Source of the DNA: a virus
Length of the DNA: 57,992 nucleotides
Reading direction: 5' to 3' (one strand)
Virus record (IMG/VR): IMGVR_UViG_3300033141_003442
Part shown: positions 1 through 9,544 of the stretch, piece by piece
Layout of the letters: each line of letters starts with the position of its first letter
Position numbering within the stretch: position 1 is the stretch's first letter
The notes under the pieces: generated by a model
Told to the model about the DNA's origin: nothing
Seen by the model: the letters and a program-made list of their open reading frames with translations, nothing else
The model's database searches: none
Translations under genes and position numbers: made by a program

Positions 1-114
1 AAAATGATTGCTGGTATGTCAGAAAGAGAAAAAGAAGAGCTTGCACCAATTATTGAAGATTATGAAAGATATAAAAAATCTTTAGAACCAGGGTTAAAAT
101 CAGTTCCATTATCG
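1..114. repeat. Terminal duplication: window 1-114 is identical to 57879-57992 (circular or terminally redundant assembly overlap)
   Basis: Direct comparison of the first 114 nt with the last 114 nt; an ORF continues in frame across the junction. Confidence 0.9.
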
Positions 115-480
115 CTTGGTGGTAGATATATAGGTAGTGCTTTCCCAGCTAGAAGGGCAGATTTCTTACGCTTATTATTAGGAGAAGAAGCAAAAACCAT
201 AACACAATCTTATAATAGATTATTACAAGAAGCTCAAGAAAGAGAACGCTTAGCTGGTGCAAGATTGGGATTATTTGAATATCCTTATAGTTTGTATAAA
301 ACAATGCTTACTGCACGATATGGAGTTTCTCCAGTGCAAACGACAGGAGTATTACCAGGGCTTTTTGCAGGATTAGGAACGGCAGGAGGACAAATTTTGG
401 GACAAATTTTAACTAAAAAGCCAACTACAACAAATTTAGGGGCTAAATTCCCTACTAATTATGTGCCCTTAACTTATTAA
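1..480 (+). CDS. Virion-module hypothetical protein, C-terminal portion (ORF starts at 57573 and crosses the circular junction; about 261 aa in total)
   Basis: ORF track 4..480 is in frame with the ORF opening at ATG 57573 (SD AGGGGGTGA upstream); Gly/Ala-rich N-terminus. Confidence 0.6.
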   Translation, partial: KMIAGMSEREKEELAPIIEDYERYKKSLEPGLKSVPLSLGGRYIGSAFPARRADFLRLLLGEEAKTITQSYNRLLQEAQERERLAGARLGLFEYPYSLYKTMLTARYGVSPVQTTGVLPGLFAGLGTAGGQILGQILTKKPTTTNLGAKFPTNYVPLTY

Positions 481-490
481 GGAGGTAATA

Positions 491-2083
491 ATGGCTTTTT
501 CAGATTTTATAAAAAGTCCAGAATTTTTAGGATTACTTTTAGCAGGGTTAGGTGGAGCTTCTATGGCTAATTTGCCTCCCAGTATTGGCATTCCTGCTGC
601 CCAAAGTTTAGGAGCTGGTATAGGTGCAGGATTAGCCAAATATAGAGAAGCAAAGGATTTTAAAGAAAAGGTAAGAATTATTAGTGATGCTGTTAAAAAT
701 AAAAATATATCTATCTCTGAAATAAATGCAATGTTAAATGAAATTCCTGATGAAGATAGACGGAAAAAGATAGAACTTCTTATTAAGCCTTACTTAGAGC
801 AAAAAAAATTACAAGTAATGGATGAGATGTATAAAAGATATATAAATGGAGATATAAGTGGGGCTGAACAATTAGGGATGTTAAATGGTATTAATTTATA
901 TGATAAAGAAGTGCAAAATTATTTTGCTACAAAACATGCACTAGGGCCAGCAGGTATTACTCAAAATATATTTAGGCAGAACATCCCTCAAACGCCAATG
1001 GTTAATATAAATATTCCACAGACACGTCAAGAATTTATGAGAACTCCTGTAACTCAAGCAATAACTCCAATTGTTAGGTCAACAAGGCCATTAACATCTA
1101 TAACAGGGCAACCTACACAGCAACCGTCAATAGCAAGTATGCCTCCTAGTGGGATGGAGAGATTTCCTGCTAAAACAAGCTCTTATAATGTTCCTAGCAC
1201 AGGATTAGGGCAAGGAATTGCTAGTTATTTAAGTAGGCTTTCTGGCCCAGAATTATTATTAGCAAGCAAAAGTCCAGCTTTTCATCCTTTAGTAGATTAT
1301 CTATTTAAAGACATATTAGCAAGAGAACGATGGGTAAGAGAAAGGAAAGGAAAAGAATTAGATTGGCAAATAAAGATGCAAACTCCTAAAACAGAATTTA
1401 GAGTTATTAATAGTGAAGGTTATACAATAACTTATCTCCCAACTGGAGATATTGTGAATGTAAACAAAACAAAACTTTCAGAAGATTTAGGCAAGATTGA
1501 AAATATCATTGCTTATAATGATAAGGTTTATATTATTCCGCAAGGAAGAAAAGCTGTATCAATAAGTGATATTAAAGATAAAACACTTAAAAGAGACTAT
1601 TTAATGACAGCTCTAGGATTTGTAGATAATGAAATAAAGGCTCTTTTATCTAAAATAGGAACGGCTAAATTATCAGCTTCTGAATTGAGAAATTTAAGAA
1701 ATTTTGCTATGAGACTTAATATTAGTGATGAAGATTTAGATAAATTAATGAAAGAAGCAGAAGCACAAGGCGTTAATATAGGATTACCTAAAACAGAAGA
1801 AGTTAAAGACCCAGAAGAAATAATAAGGTATATGAATAAATTAGAAAATACAAGGCAAGTAATTTTAGATAATCTTAGTAAATTAGGAATGAAGAAAAAA
1901 GAAATAGAAAGGATTAAACGGTTAGATGCAGAAAAAATACCGCAGGGGATAGAAATTACTGAGAAAACTTCTACGCAAACCCTTAGTGATGAAGAAGTGC
2001 TTAAACGCTATCCAGATGCAAAGAAAGCACCTGATGGAAATTGGTATGTTAAAAGAAATGGGAAATGGTATAGAATTGAGTAA
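491..2083 (+). CDS. Hypothetical virion protein (530 aa) with Gly-rich hydrophobic N-terminus
   Basis: Long ORF, SD AAGGAGGT 7 nt before ATG; N-terminal GLLLAGLGGASMANLPPSIGIPAAQSLGAGIGAGLA segment; sits directly upstream of the giant ORF. Confidence 0.6.
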   Translation: MAFSDFIKSPEFLGLLLAGLGGASMANLPPSIGIPAAQSLGAGIGAGLAKYREAKDFKEKVRIISDAVKNKNISISEINAMLNEIPDEDRRKKIELLIKPYLEQKKLQVMDEMYKRYINGDISGAEQLGMLNGINLYDKEVQNYFATKHALGPAGITQNIFRQNIPQTPMVNINIPQTRQEFMRTPVTQAITPIVRSTRPLTSITGQPTQQPSIASMPPSGMERFPAKTSSYNVPSTGLGQGIASYLSRLSGPELLLASKSPAFHPLVDYLFKDILARERWVRERKGKELDWQIKMQTPKTEFRVINSEGYTITYLPTGDIVNVNKTKLSEDLGKIENIIAYNDKVYIIPQGRKAVSISDIKDKTLKRDYLMTALGFVDNEIKALLSKIGTAKLSASELRNLRNFAMRLNISDEDLDKLMKEAEAQGVNIGLPKTEEVKDPEEIIRYMNKLENTRQVILDNLSKLGMKKKEIERIKRLDAEKIPQGIEITEKTSTQTLSDEEVLKRYPDAKKAPDGNWYVKRNGKWYRIE

Positions 2084-2096
2084 ATAGGAGAAAAAC

Positions 2097-5000
2097 ATGC
2101 CATTAACCCCAGTTGACTATGACCCTTTTAAAGAAGAAAAACAATCTTCAAAAAAATTAACAAAAAAACAAAAAGCAAAATTAGTTCCCGTTGATTATGA
2201 CCCTTTTGCTTCTGAAAAAAAGCAACCAGAAATCAGTGCTGAAAAAGGTATCCCACAATACCTCATCCCTTTTAGTAAATACCTAGGTATAGAACCAACT
2301 TATGTAAAACCAGGCTCATTTCTTGGTAATTTATTGGCTGTGCCTCATGCCTTTTTTGAAGCTGGAACGACTGCATTTGAAAGCCCTTATTATATTTTAA
2401 AAGGGCTAGGGAAAATATTACGATTACCTTCTTTAGAAAAAGCTGGCGAATGGGGGATTAAAGGACTTGAACCTACAAGAAGACATCATGAATTAATGCG
2501 TAAACAATTATATGTGCCACCTACTTCACCAACAGCACGATTAGCCCATTCCATTAGTAAAAAAGTAGCAGAAGCAATAGGAAGTTTTGCCCGTCCTGAT
2601 TTGCCTGTTTTAGTAGCTAGTCCTACAGCTTATGGTTTTCTTAGTGGATTAGAAACATTAGGAGCAGGAGCTCCACCTACACAAGCTTTAACAGCAGGCA
2701 TACATGGAATGATAGCAGGTAAAACTTTTGAAGCTGTTAGAGGATTAAGTCCTATGCAGGCACTTACTAGAGCCGGGGCTGTTGGAGCTACACCTGAAGT
2801 TGCAAGAGGTCTTATTACTGGTAAACCAGAGCAAATTGGTAAAGGAATAGAGGAAGGACTAAGCCTTGGTATATTTTCTGCATTGGCTACAATAAAAACT
2901 CCCTTAGCAAGAGAAATATATAGAAATAAAGTAAAAGCAGGCGTTCCAAGAGAAAAAGCATTACAAACAGCCTCTTTAGTAGAAGAAACAATTAAATCCT
3001 TAGATATTGATAAAGCTAAAAGTCTACCTCTTAAAGAAAAAGAAATACAAAAAGTAGAGAAAATCATTAGGGAGATAAGTAAACAAATAGAAGATTTACC
3101 AGAAGTTATAAAAGGTAAACGGGGATATAAGACAGAGAAAGGAGCTAAAATAGGGTTAAGATTGTTTGCTAAAGAAAATAAATTACCAAAAGATATGGAT
3201 TTAACCCAACATTACAATTTAGAGAAGGACGAAGCAGGTAATTTTGTTTGGAGAAAGATAACTGAAAAGCCAACGGAAATTAAACCTGCAATTAAACCTA
3301 AAGAAGAAGTAAAGCCTCCAGAGGTAGAAATTCCTAAAGAAGAAAAACCTCCAGCAAAAGAAATCAAAGAAAAGGTTGAAGAAAAGCCTAAGAAAGCCAA
3401 ACCTTATGAAAGCGTTGAACCTGGCAGTGCAGAATGGATGAAAATCTGGAAAGAGCATCCAGAGCTACAAAAGGAGATGGCTGAGATACGCCAGAAACAA
3501 ATAGTTGAGGAAGGTAAGAAAGAAGAAGCTTTACCAGAGGCTAAACCTGAAAAAGAACCTCCCAAAGAAAAACCTCCAGTAGTGCCTTTAACTAAGACAC
3601 TTTATGAAAATTCCTATCCCATTGAATTAAGTAAGGCCAGTGAGGTGTTTCCTAAACATAGACTTGGCGTTGATTATGTAGTTAAGCTGGTGGATAAAAA
3701 TACAGGTAAGGTTACTTGGGCTAGTTTAAGTGAGAAAAGGGCAAGAGAGTTATTTCCACGGTCTTTTGAAGAAAAGGCTAAGGAAGTTCCTAAAGCAGAA
3801 GCTGAATGGCAACCTGTAAAGGATTACAGCAAAGAAATAACTGAAGGAACTCATGTCAAATGGAAATATAAAGGCAAAGAGGGTGAAGGAATAGCCACAG
3901 GCAAGACAGGAAGGCGTAAGACAGGATTTGTTTATCATAAAGTTAAAACTCCAGAAGGCAAAACAAAATATATGCCTTGGACACCTAAAGCAGAATATTG
4001 GATTAAGGCAGAGAAAAAAGTTAAACCTGTTAAAGAAACAAAGGCAGAGGTTAAAGAAAAAGAACCTATAATAGCTATTTCTAAACGTGAACCTAATTTA
4101 CAATTTGAAATTGACCGTATAGAAGGAAATAAATTTATTGTAAAACGTCCTGTTATTATAAGCACATTGAAAGGAGAAGAAGGGAAAATAGTAGAAACAC
4201 CTGATAAATATTTAATAGGGCGAGAATATCCCGTTGAGAATTTTAGATTTGTAACACCCAAAGAATATGTAGCAGAAGTAAAAACAAAAGAAGCAAAAAT
4301 AAAAGCAGAAAGAGAAGCACAAAGGGAAACAGAACGAAAAAAACAGGAAGAAATTAAACAAGCACTTAAAGCCAAGCCAGTTACAGATAAGTATTATATT
4401 TATTTAAAGGACAAAGGTTTTGAGGAAGTTGAGAAAGCCTATCCTGTTAAAATCTCAGGGTTTGAAAAGTATGATTTATTTGCCCATAAGGTAGGTAAAA
4501 AATGGAAAGTTTCTGAAAGTAAAACTGGTGTTGCTATAACAAAAGCCCTTCCAACCCGTAAAGAAGCAATAAAACAAGCTACTGAAATTTTAAATAGGCA
4601 TAAAGAAAAATCTGATGAAATGATAGAAGATGCTATAGCCTATGCGTTATCTCAGACAGGAATTTCTCCACGATATAAGCCTATTTCTAAAGAACCTACA
4701 ATAACTCAACCCAAAGAAAATTTATATGAAGTGCGTCATCCAGAGAAAAAGACATGGTATCAAATCAAAGAAGACCCAGAAACAGAGCAATGGAGAGTTA
4801 TAAAGTTTGAGCCTTATGAAACTATACATGAAGGACAAAAAGTAACTGTTAATAAAGCTACTGAAACAAAGTTTTTTAAAACTTTAGAAGAAGCAAAAGA
4901 TTTTGCTCAAAAAGGAATTATAGGCAAGCCAGTAGAAGTAAAAATAAGTTCTTTTGTAAAAGATGCTTATCTGGAAGAATATGGCAAAGAAAAAGGCACA

Positions 5001-8000
5001 CAAGAATTATCAAATTTAAAAAATAAAGTTCAAAAAGCATGGGATATTTTAAAAAAGAAATATCCTCAATATGCTAATAAAATTACTTCAATTACTATTC
5101 ATAGAATGTCCCCAGAAGATATAGCATTAGGTGGTGTTTCTTCTATTGGTAAGAAAGGAGATGTTATTGTTGACCCAACTCATGCTAAAACAGAGCCTAT
5201 GGAAACGCTTGCTCATGAAATGTTACATGCAACAGGAGCTACTGAAAAAGAAGCTCGTGCTTTTGAAAAAACTATATCTAAAGAAACTAAATTTTATTCT
5301 GGTATCCCTATTGATGAAATAGTTAAAACAGTCAATGAAACAACTAAGAAGGTTGTTGATTATATTAAACAAAAAAAGATTGAAAAAGTTGATAAAGCAG
5401 AAATAGAACATACAGATAGATTTCTTTCTTTTTATGCTAAACAAATACCTAAAGTATTAACTAGACTATATGAAAAAGAACACCTCAAAACAGCTCATCC
5501 AGAAACTGTTTATAGAGAGGCTTTAGGTGAATTACCTACTACTATGCCTGAAAAAGTTAAAAAGCCAATAGTTAATGCTTTGGATGCTTCAAGAGAACAC
5601 GATTATAAGCTTAGTGGTTATGAAATAAAAGTTAAAGAAAAATTATTAGGTAGTTACAATGCTATTTATAAAATATATGGCAAAAAAGGAATAAAAAGAT
5701 TTTTTGATTTACTTTCTGCTGAAGCACATAAACGCCATGCAATTAGTGAAAAACAGTTAAAAGAATTACCACCTGAGTTTCAATTAGCTTATAAAAGAAC
5801 AAAAGAATATTTATTAAACCCATTAAAAGAATATATGAAGTTTTTAGAAGAAAAATATCCTGAAGGATATAAAACAGAAGAAATGGCTAAAAAAGCATTA
5901 GCTGAAGTTGCAGAAAAGAAACAAATAGAAAATATAGAAAGCTTATATACTTTAAAACAAAATAAAGCCAACCTATTTTATTGGGAGAAAAACCCTAATG
6001 CTGAAAAAATAGCTAAAAAGAAATTACCTCAAATTATTACAAAATGGAATAAAGAATATCAAAAAGTAAAAGAGTTATTAAAACAGGCAGAAAAAGATTA
6101 TTTTTATCAACCTACTGTTAGAACTCATGAAGATATTATCCTTGTTCTTAAAAAACCTAAAAAAGAAGGTGCTAAATCTACCGTTGTAGGAGCTTTTGAA
6201 TTCCCTAATGAAAGGAAAGCTAAACAACAATACAATAGAATGCTTAAAGGTGATTATACAGCTATTCTTAATTGGTTTAGACGGGTAGGAGATTTAGAAG
6301 CTGGAAGAGATTTTGTAAATAACATTAAAAAGGGTGATTATACATTAAAGCTTATCAAATTTAAAACAGAGCCTACTTATACTCCTGAAGATATACCTCT
6401 ACAAAGTGTAATGGGCATTTTATCTAAATACAAAGGGAAACAAATCAAAGCTAAAAATCTTCAGGCTAAAGCTATTGCTGAAGATATACAGCGGTTTATT
6501 GAGAAGTTTGTTAATCCTATTAGTGTTAAAAGTTTTCATTTAGAAAAGAAGAATATCCCTGGATGGAGCTTAGACCCTCTTGATAGAAATGATATTTTAC
6601 TTAGAAGGGTGCTTTCTGAAAAATCTCTTATTGAGAAATTAAAACTTTCTGATGTTATAACTAATTCTTTTGCTCAAATAGACCCAGAACAACATCCACA
6701 ATATTATAAATGGCTTTCTGATTTTAATAAATATATGATGACGCCTAGAGAACCTGAAACTACTCGCCGTATTCTTTCTGCTTGGAGTATGTGGGGCAAT
6801 GCAATGTCTGTTATAGCTAATGCTACTCAGTCTTATATTTTAGGCCCCGCTGTAATAATAGAAAATAAATTAAATCCTGCTAAGTTTTTAAAATATGAAA
6901 CTGAGTATTTAAGAAAGTATATTGAAAGTGATTACGATAGTAAAGACTTAGCTTATCTTGAATGGGGAAAGAAAAACGGTGTATTTGCTCCTACAGCATG
7001 GAAAGAAGCTATGCTTGGTTTAACGGGAGAGAGAGGAGGAGTAATACCCAAGATAGAAGATATAGGTTATGCGGGATTTACTTTTGTTGAGTCTGTTAAA
7101 AACAGAATGAATACTTTTCTCTCTGTAGCTAAAATGCTTGAAGAAAAAGGAATGCCTTTTGAAGAAGCTATGAAAAAAGCTCGTGATATTACTTTTGATA
7201 TTCATTTTGATATGAATAAATGGAATACGTTGATTAGAAAGAAATATCCTAGATTATTTCAAACCTTAATGAGTTTTACATTTCATTCCTTTAAAACATT
7301 AAGAAGACTTATTTTTAAATCTTTTCCTTCTGCTAGAGAAAGAAAATATGCTATAGGTGCATTAGCTACTTTTTATTTAACTCATTTTTTAGTTGGCGGA
7401 ATGGCAGCTACTCCAGGCGGAGAACTTTTCTGGCAGATGGTTGATATTCCCTTTAAAAAAGTTTTTAGGCAATCTATAAAGACTTATTTAATGAATGAAT
7501 TTTCTGATAAAGAACGCAAAAAATTACGTTTGTTCATACAATATGGATTGTTGGGATTGGCAGGATTACCAAGTGTAGCAGATAGAATTGGATTTGGTTA
7601 TAGAGAAGTAAGTAAACTTAATAATTTTATAGCAGATGCAATGGCTCATTTAGCTCCTATTCCAGTAATGGTTGCTAATCAAGCTGTTAAAGCTATTAGA
7701 ATGACGCAAAAGGGATATTCTTGGCCGACTGCTATTTCTCAACAATTCTCTCCTACCGTTGTAAGGAATATTTCTAGAACGCTGTATGCAATTAAAAAAG
7801 GTTATTTGCCAACATCCTATGGTAAACCTCTGCAAGATATATATGGTAATAACTTTGTGCCTACTGGATTAGAAGAAATTGCTATGTCTTTTATTGGTGC
7901 AATTCCACCTGAACAACAAGAGATTTATGAAATTAAAGAAGCTCAAAGAAAAAAAGAAGATATAAGATTGGCTCACTTACACGATATTACTAATGATATA

Positions 8001-8324
8001 GTATTAGGATACCTTGATAAAGATTATGCACGAATAGGAAGAGGGTTTGCAAAATGGACAAAATATAATAAAGAAATAATTAAAAAGATAATTAAGGCAA
8101 AAAAAGAGAAAAGAAATGATTTAGCTCGCTTCTGGTCAACTCAGTTAATAGAGCAAAAAGCAGTTGAAACATCTATTAGAAATAGATTAGGAAGACATGA
8201 AAGTGCACCAAATTTGTTAATGATGAGCTGGTGGAAAAAAGGACAAAAAGGTTATGAAGAAGCTGTTAAAGTTATTCTCTTAAGGGAATATTTACGCAGG
8301 CTTAAACAAAGGTTAAGGAGGTAA
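2097..8324 (+). CDS. Giant protein (2075 aa): candidate tape-measure or ejected polyvalent virion protein with HExxH zincin-like motif
   Basis: Uninterrupted 6.2-kb ORF with SD; duplicated N-terminal motif PVDYDPF x2; K/E/P-rich low-complexity stretch; HEMLH motif (LAHEMLHATG); hydrophobic C-terminal segments. Confidence 0.6.
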   Translation: MPLTPVDYDPFKEEKQSSKKLTKKQKAKLVPVDYDPFASEKKQPEISAEKGIPQYLIPFSKYLGIEPTYVKPGSFLGNLLAVPHAFFEAGTTAFESPYYILKGLGKILRLPSLEKAGEWGIKGLEPTRRHHELMRKQLYVPPTSPTARLAHSISKKVAEAIGSFARPDLPVLVASPTAYGFLSGLETLGAGAPPTQALTAGIHGMIAGKTFEAVRGLSPMQALTRAGAVGATPEVARGLITGKPEQIGKGIEEGLSLGIFSALATIKTPLAREIYRNKVKAGVPREKALQTASLVEETIKSLDIDKAKSLPLKEKEIQKVEKIIREISKQIEDLPEVIKGKRGYKTEKGAKIGLRLFAKENKLPKDMDLTQHYNLEKDEAGNFVWRKITEKPTEIKPAIKPKEEVKPPEVEIPKEEKPPAKEIKEKVEEKPKKAKPYESVEPGSAEWMKIWKEHPELQKEMAEIRQKQIVEEGKKEEALPEAKPEKEPPKEKPPVVPLTKTLYENSYPIELSKASEVFPKHRLGVDYVVKLVDKNTGKVTWASLSEKRARELFPRSFEEKAKEVPKAEAEWQPVKDYSKEITEGTHVKWKYKGKEGEGIATGKTGRRKTGFVYHKVKTPEGKTKYMPWTPKAEYWIKAEKKVKPVKETKAEVKEKEPIIAISKREPNLQFEIDRIEGNKFIVKRPVIISTLKGEEGKIVETPDKYLIGREYPVENFRFVTPKEYVAEVKTKEAKIKAEREAQRETERKKQEEIKQALKAKPVTDKYYIYLKDKGFEEVEKAYPVKISGFEKYDLFAHKVGKKWKVSESKTGVAITKALPTRKEAIKQATEILNRHKEKSDEMIEDAIAYALSQTGISPRYKPISKEPTITQPKENLYEVRHPEKKTWYQIKEDPETEQWRVIKFEPYETIHEGQKVTVNKATETKFFKTLEEAKDFAQKGIIGKPVEVKISSFVKDAYLEEYGKEKGTQELSNLKNKVQKAWDILKKKYPQYANKITSITIHRMSPEDIALGGVSSIGKKGDVIVDPTHAKTEPMETLAHEMLHATGATEKEARAFEKTISKETKFYSGIPIDEIVKTVNETTKKVVDYIKQKKIEKVDKAEIEHTDRFLSFYAKQIPKVLTRLYEKEHLKTAHPETVYREALGELPTTMPEKVKKPIVNALDASREHDYKLSGYEIKVKEKLLGSYNAIYKIYGKKGIKRFFDLLSAEAHKRHAISEKQLKELPPEFQLAYKRTKEYLLNPLKEYMKFLEEKYPEGYKTEEMAKKALAEVAEKKQIENIESLYTLKQNKANLFYWEKNPNAEKIAKKKLPQIITKWNKEYQKVKELLKQAEKDYFYQPTVRTHEDIILVLKKPKKEGAKSTVVGAFEFPNERKAKQQYNRMLKGDYTAILNWFRRVGDLEAGRDFVNNIKKGDYTLKLIKFKTEPTYTPEDIPLQSVMGILSKYKGKQIKAKNLQAKAIAEDIQRFIEKFVNPISVKSFHLEKKNIPGWSLDPLDRNDILLRRVLSEKSLIEKLKLSDVITNSFAQIDPEQHPQYYKWLSDFNKYMMTPREPETTRRILSAWSMWGNAMSVIANATQSYILGPAVIIENKLNPAKFLKYETEYLRKYIESDYDSKDLAYLEWGKKNGVFAPTAWKEAMLGLTGERGGVIPKIEDIGYAGFTFVESVKNRMNTFLSVAKMLEEKGMPFEEAMKKARDITFDIHFDMNKWNTLIRKKYPRLFQTLMSFTFHSFKTLRRLIFKSFPSARERKYAIGALATFYLTHFLVGGMAATPGGELFWQMVDIPFKKVFRQSIKTYLMNEFSDKERKKLRLFIQYGLLGLAGLPSVADRIGFGYREVSKLNNFIADAMAHLAPIPVMVANQAVKAIRMTQKGYSWPTAISQQFSPTVVRNISRTLYAIKKGYLPTSYGKPLQDIYGNNFVPTGLEEIAMSFIGAIPPEQQEIYEIKEAQRKKEDIRLAHLHDITNDIVLGYLDKDYARIGRGFAKWTKYNKEIIKKIIKAKKEKRNDLARFWSTQLIEQKAVETSIRNRLGRHESAPNLLMMSWWKKGQKGYEEAVKVILLREYLRRLKQRLRR

Positions 8325-8328
8325 TATA

Positions 8329-8586
8329 ATGGGAGAGAACAAAGATAAACAGGCAGGATTACAGTGGCTTTGGCAACATGCTCTTTTCTTGCCTAAGAAT
8401 AGTGTAAGGGCAATTGCATTTCTGTTTACACTTATGCTTCTTGGTTATCTAGCATTAAATTTAAAAGGGCAAGTTCAAATGACGATTATAGGTGGACTTA
8501 TTAGCGTGCTTACAAGTGCTCTGCATTATTATTTTGGAGGAAGAGAAAAACAAGAGGAGAGAAATAATGAGCAAAGTAATAGCTGA
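8329..8586 (+). CDS. Small membrane protein with two predicted TM helices (holin-like)
   Basis: 85-aa ORF; hydrophobic stretches AIAFLFTLMLLGYLAL and MTIIGGLISVLTSALHYYF followed by a charged C-terminus. Confidence 0.35.
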   Translation: MGENKDKQAGLQWLWQHALFLPKNSVRAIAFLFTLMLLGYLALNLKGQVQMTIIGGLISVLTSALHYYFGGREKQEERNNEQSNS

Positions 8587-8884
8587 AAATGAGAATTGGA
8601 GAATAAGACAAGCAGAAGGAGACAATTATGCTCTTACTTGTGCAAAAGGCCACTTCACATTCTACATTAAGGGTAAAAATGAAAAGCTGGTATTCTATAA
8701 TACTCTTAAATCAGTAGAAGCAAAAATGAAAGAGGTAGCTTTTCTTACTTTTGGCGGATGGTTTGCTTTATGGTTAACTACAGAAGATGTAGCATTTCTT
8801 TTAGCAAATCTTCCTATGACTGATGCAGAAAAACAGGCAAGTATAAATGCTGAAGTAGTAGATGAAAAGATAACTATTCAGTAA
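8567..8884 (+). CDS. Hypothetical protein (start moved to ATG 8567, which has an SD)
   Basis: ORF track 8492..8884; an in-frame ATG at 8567 is preceded by GGAGAG and avoids most of the overlap with the holin-like ORF. Confidence 0.4.
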   Translation: MSKVIAENENWRIRQAEGDNYALTCAKGHFTFYIKGKNEKLVFYNTLKSVEAKMKEVAFLTFGGWFALWLTTEDVAFLLANLPMTDAEKQASINAEVVDEKITIQ

Positions 8885-9541
8885 ATGATGGAAAATAAAA
8901 AGATAATTTGTATCAGCGACCTTCACATTCCTTATACTAGCCGATATTTTATTCCTTTTGCTGGTTATGCTTGTAAAGCGGATAAGGTAATTTTTAATGG
9001 AGATATTCTGGATTTAGTGAGATGCAATACAAACGAAATTAAAAATAGCTATATTGGACAAAAGTTGATTAGTGCATTGAAAAAGATTGTAAAATCAACC
9101 CAAACAATGTTCATTGAGGGTAATCATGACCCAGAATTAGAAAAAAGTCTAACTGAATTATTAGGAATGGAAATTGCTACATTCCCTTTTTATCGTATAG
9201 GCAGGATAGGATTTGTGCATGGACATCAATTTGACCCCTTCTGCAAACATTGGAATTGGCAATTACTATCAAAGTTTGGGCCTTGGTTTTTTAATCCACC
9301 TTCTAGATGGAAACAGAAAGATAGAGAAAAATGGAAAGAGAAAATAGGAAAAATATATACAGAAGCATTTTCTTTCTTAGAAAAAGCTAGTTGGTGTAGA
9401 ATATTAGTTATTGGACATACTCATTATCCTTCTGTCCATAAATTGGAAACAGGACAAAAGCTAGCTGATTGTGGAGATTGGATAGATAGTAAGAGTTGGG
9501 TGGAAATTGAAAGAGGTAAAGTGGAAATTAAAACATTGTAA
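8885..9541 (+). CDS. Calcineurin-like metallophosphoesterase
   Basis: Motifs in order: ISDLH, GDILD, GNHD, GHQFD, GHTHYP. Confidence 0.75.
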   Translation: MMENKKIICISDLHIPYTSRYFIPFAGYACKADKVIFNGDILDLVRCNTNEIKNSYIGQKLISALKKIVKSTQTMFIEGNHDPELEKSLTELLGMEIATFPFYRIGRIGFVHGHQFDPFCKHWNWQLLSKFGPWFFNPPSRWKQKDREKWKEKIGKIYTEAFSFLEKASWCRILVIGHTHYPSVHKLETGQKLADCGDWIDSKSWVEIERGKVEIKTL

Positions 9542-9544
9542 GCT

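Noticed and set aside
2630-4375. Several minus-strand ORFs (2630..3067, 3212..3458, 3750..3938, 3935..4375) inside the giant gene
   Set aside because: All antisense to the uninterrupted 2075-aa ORF; F/L/S-rich composition reflects the complement of K/E-rich codons.
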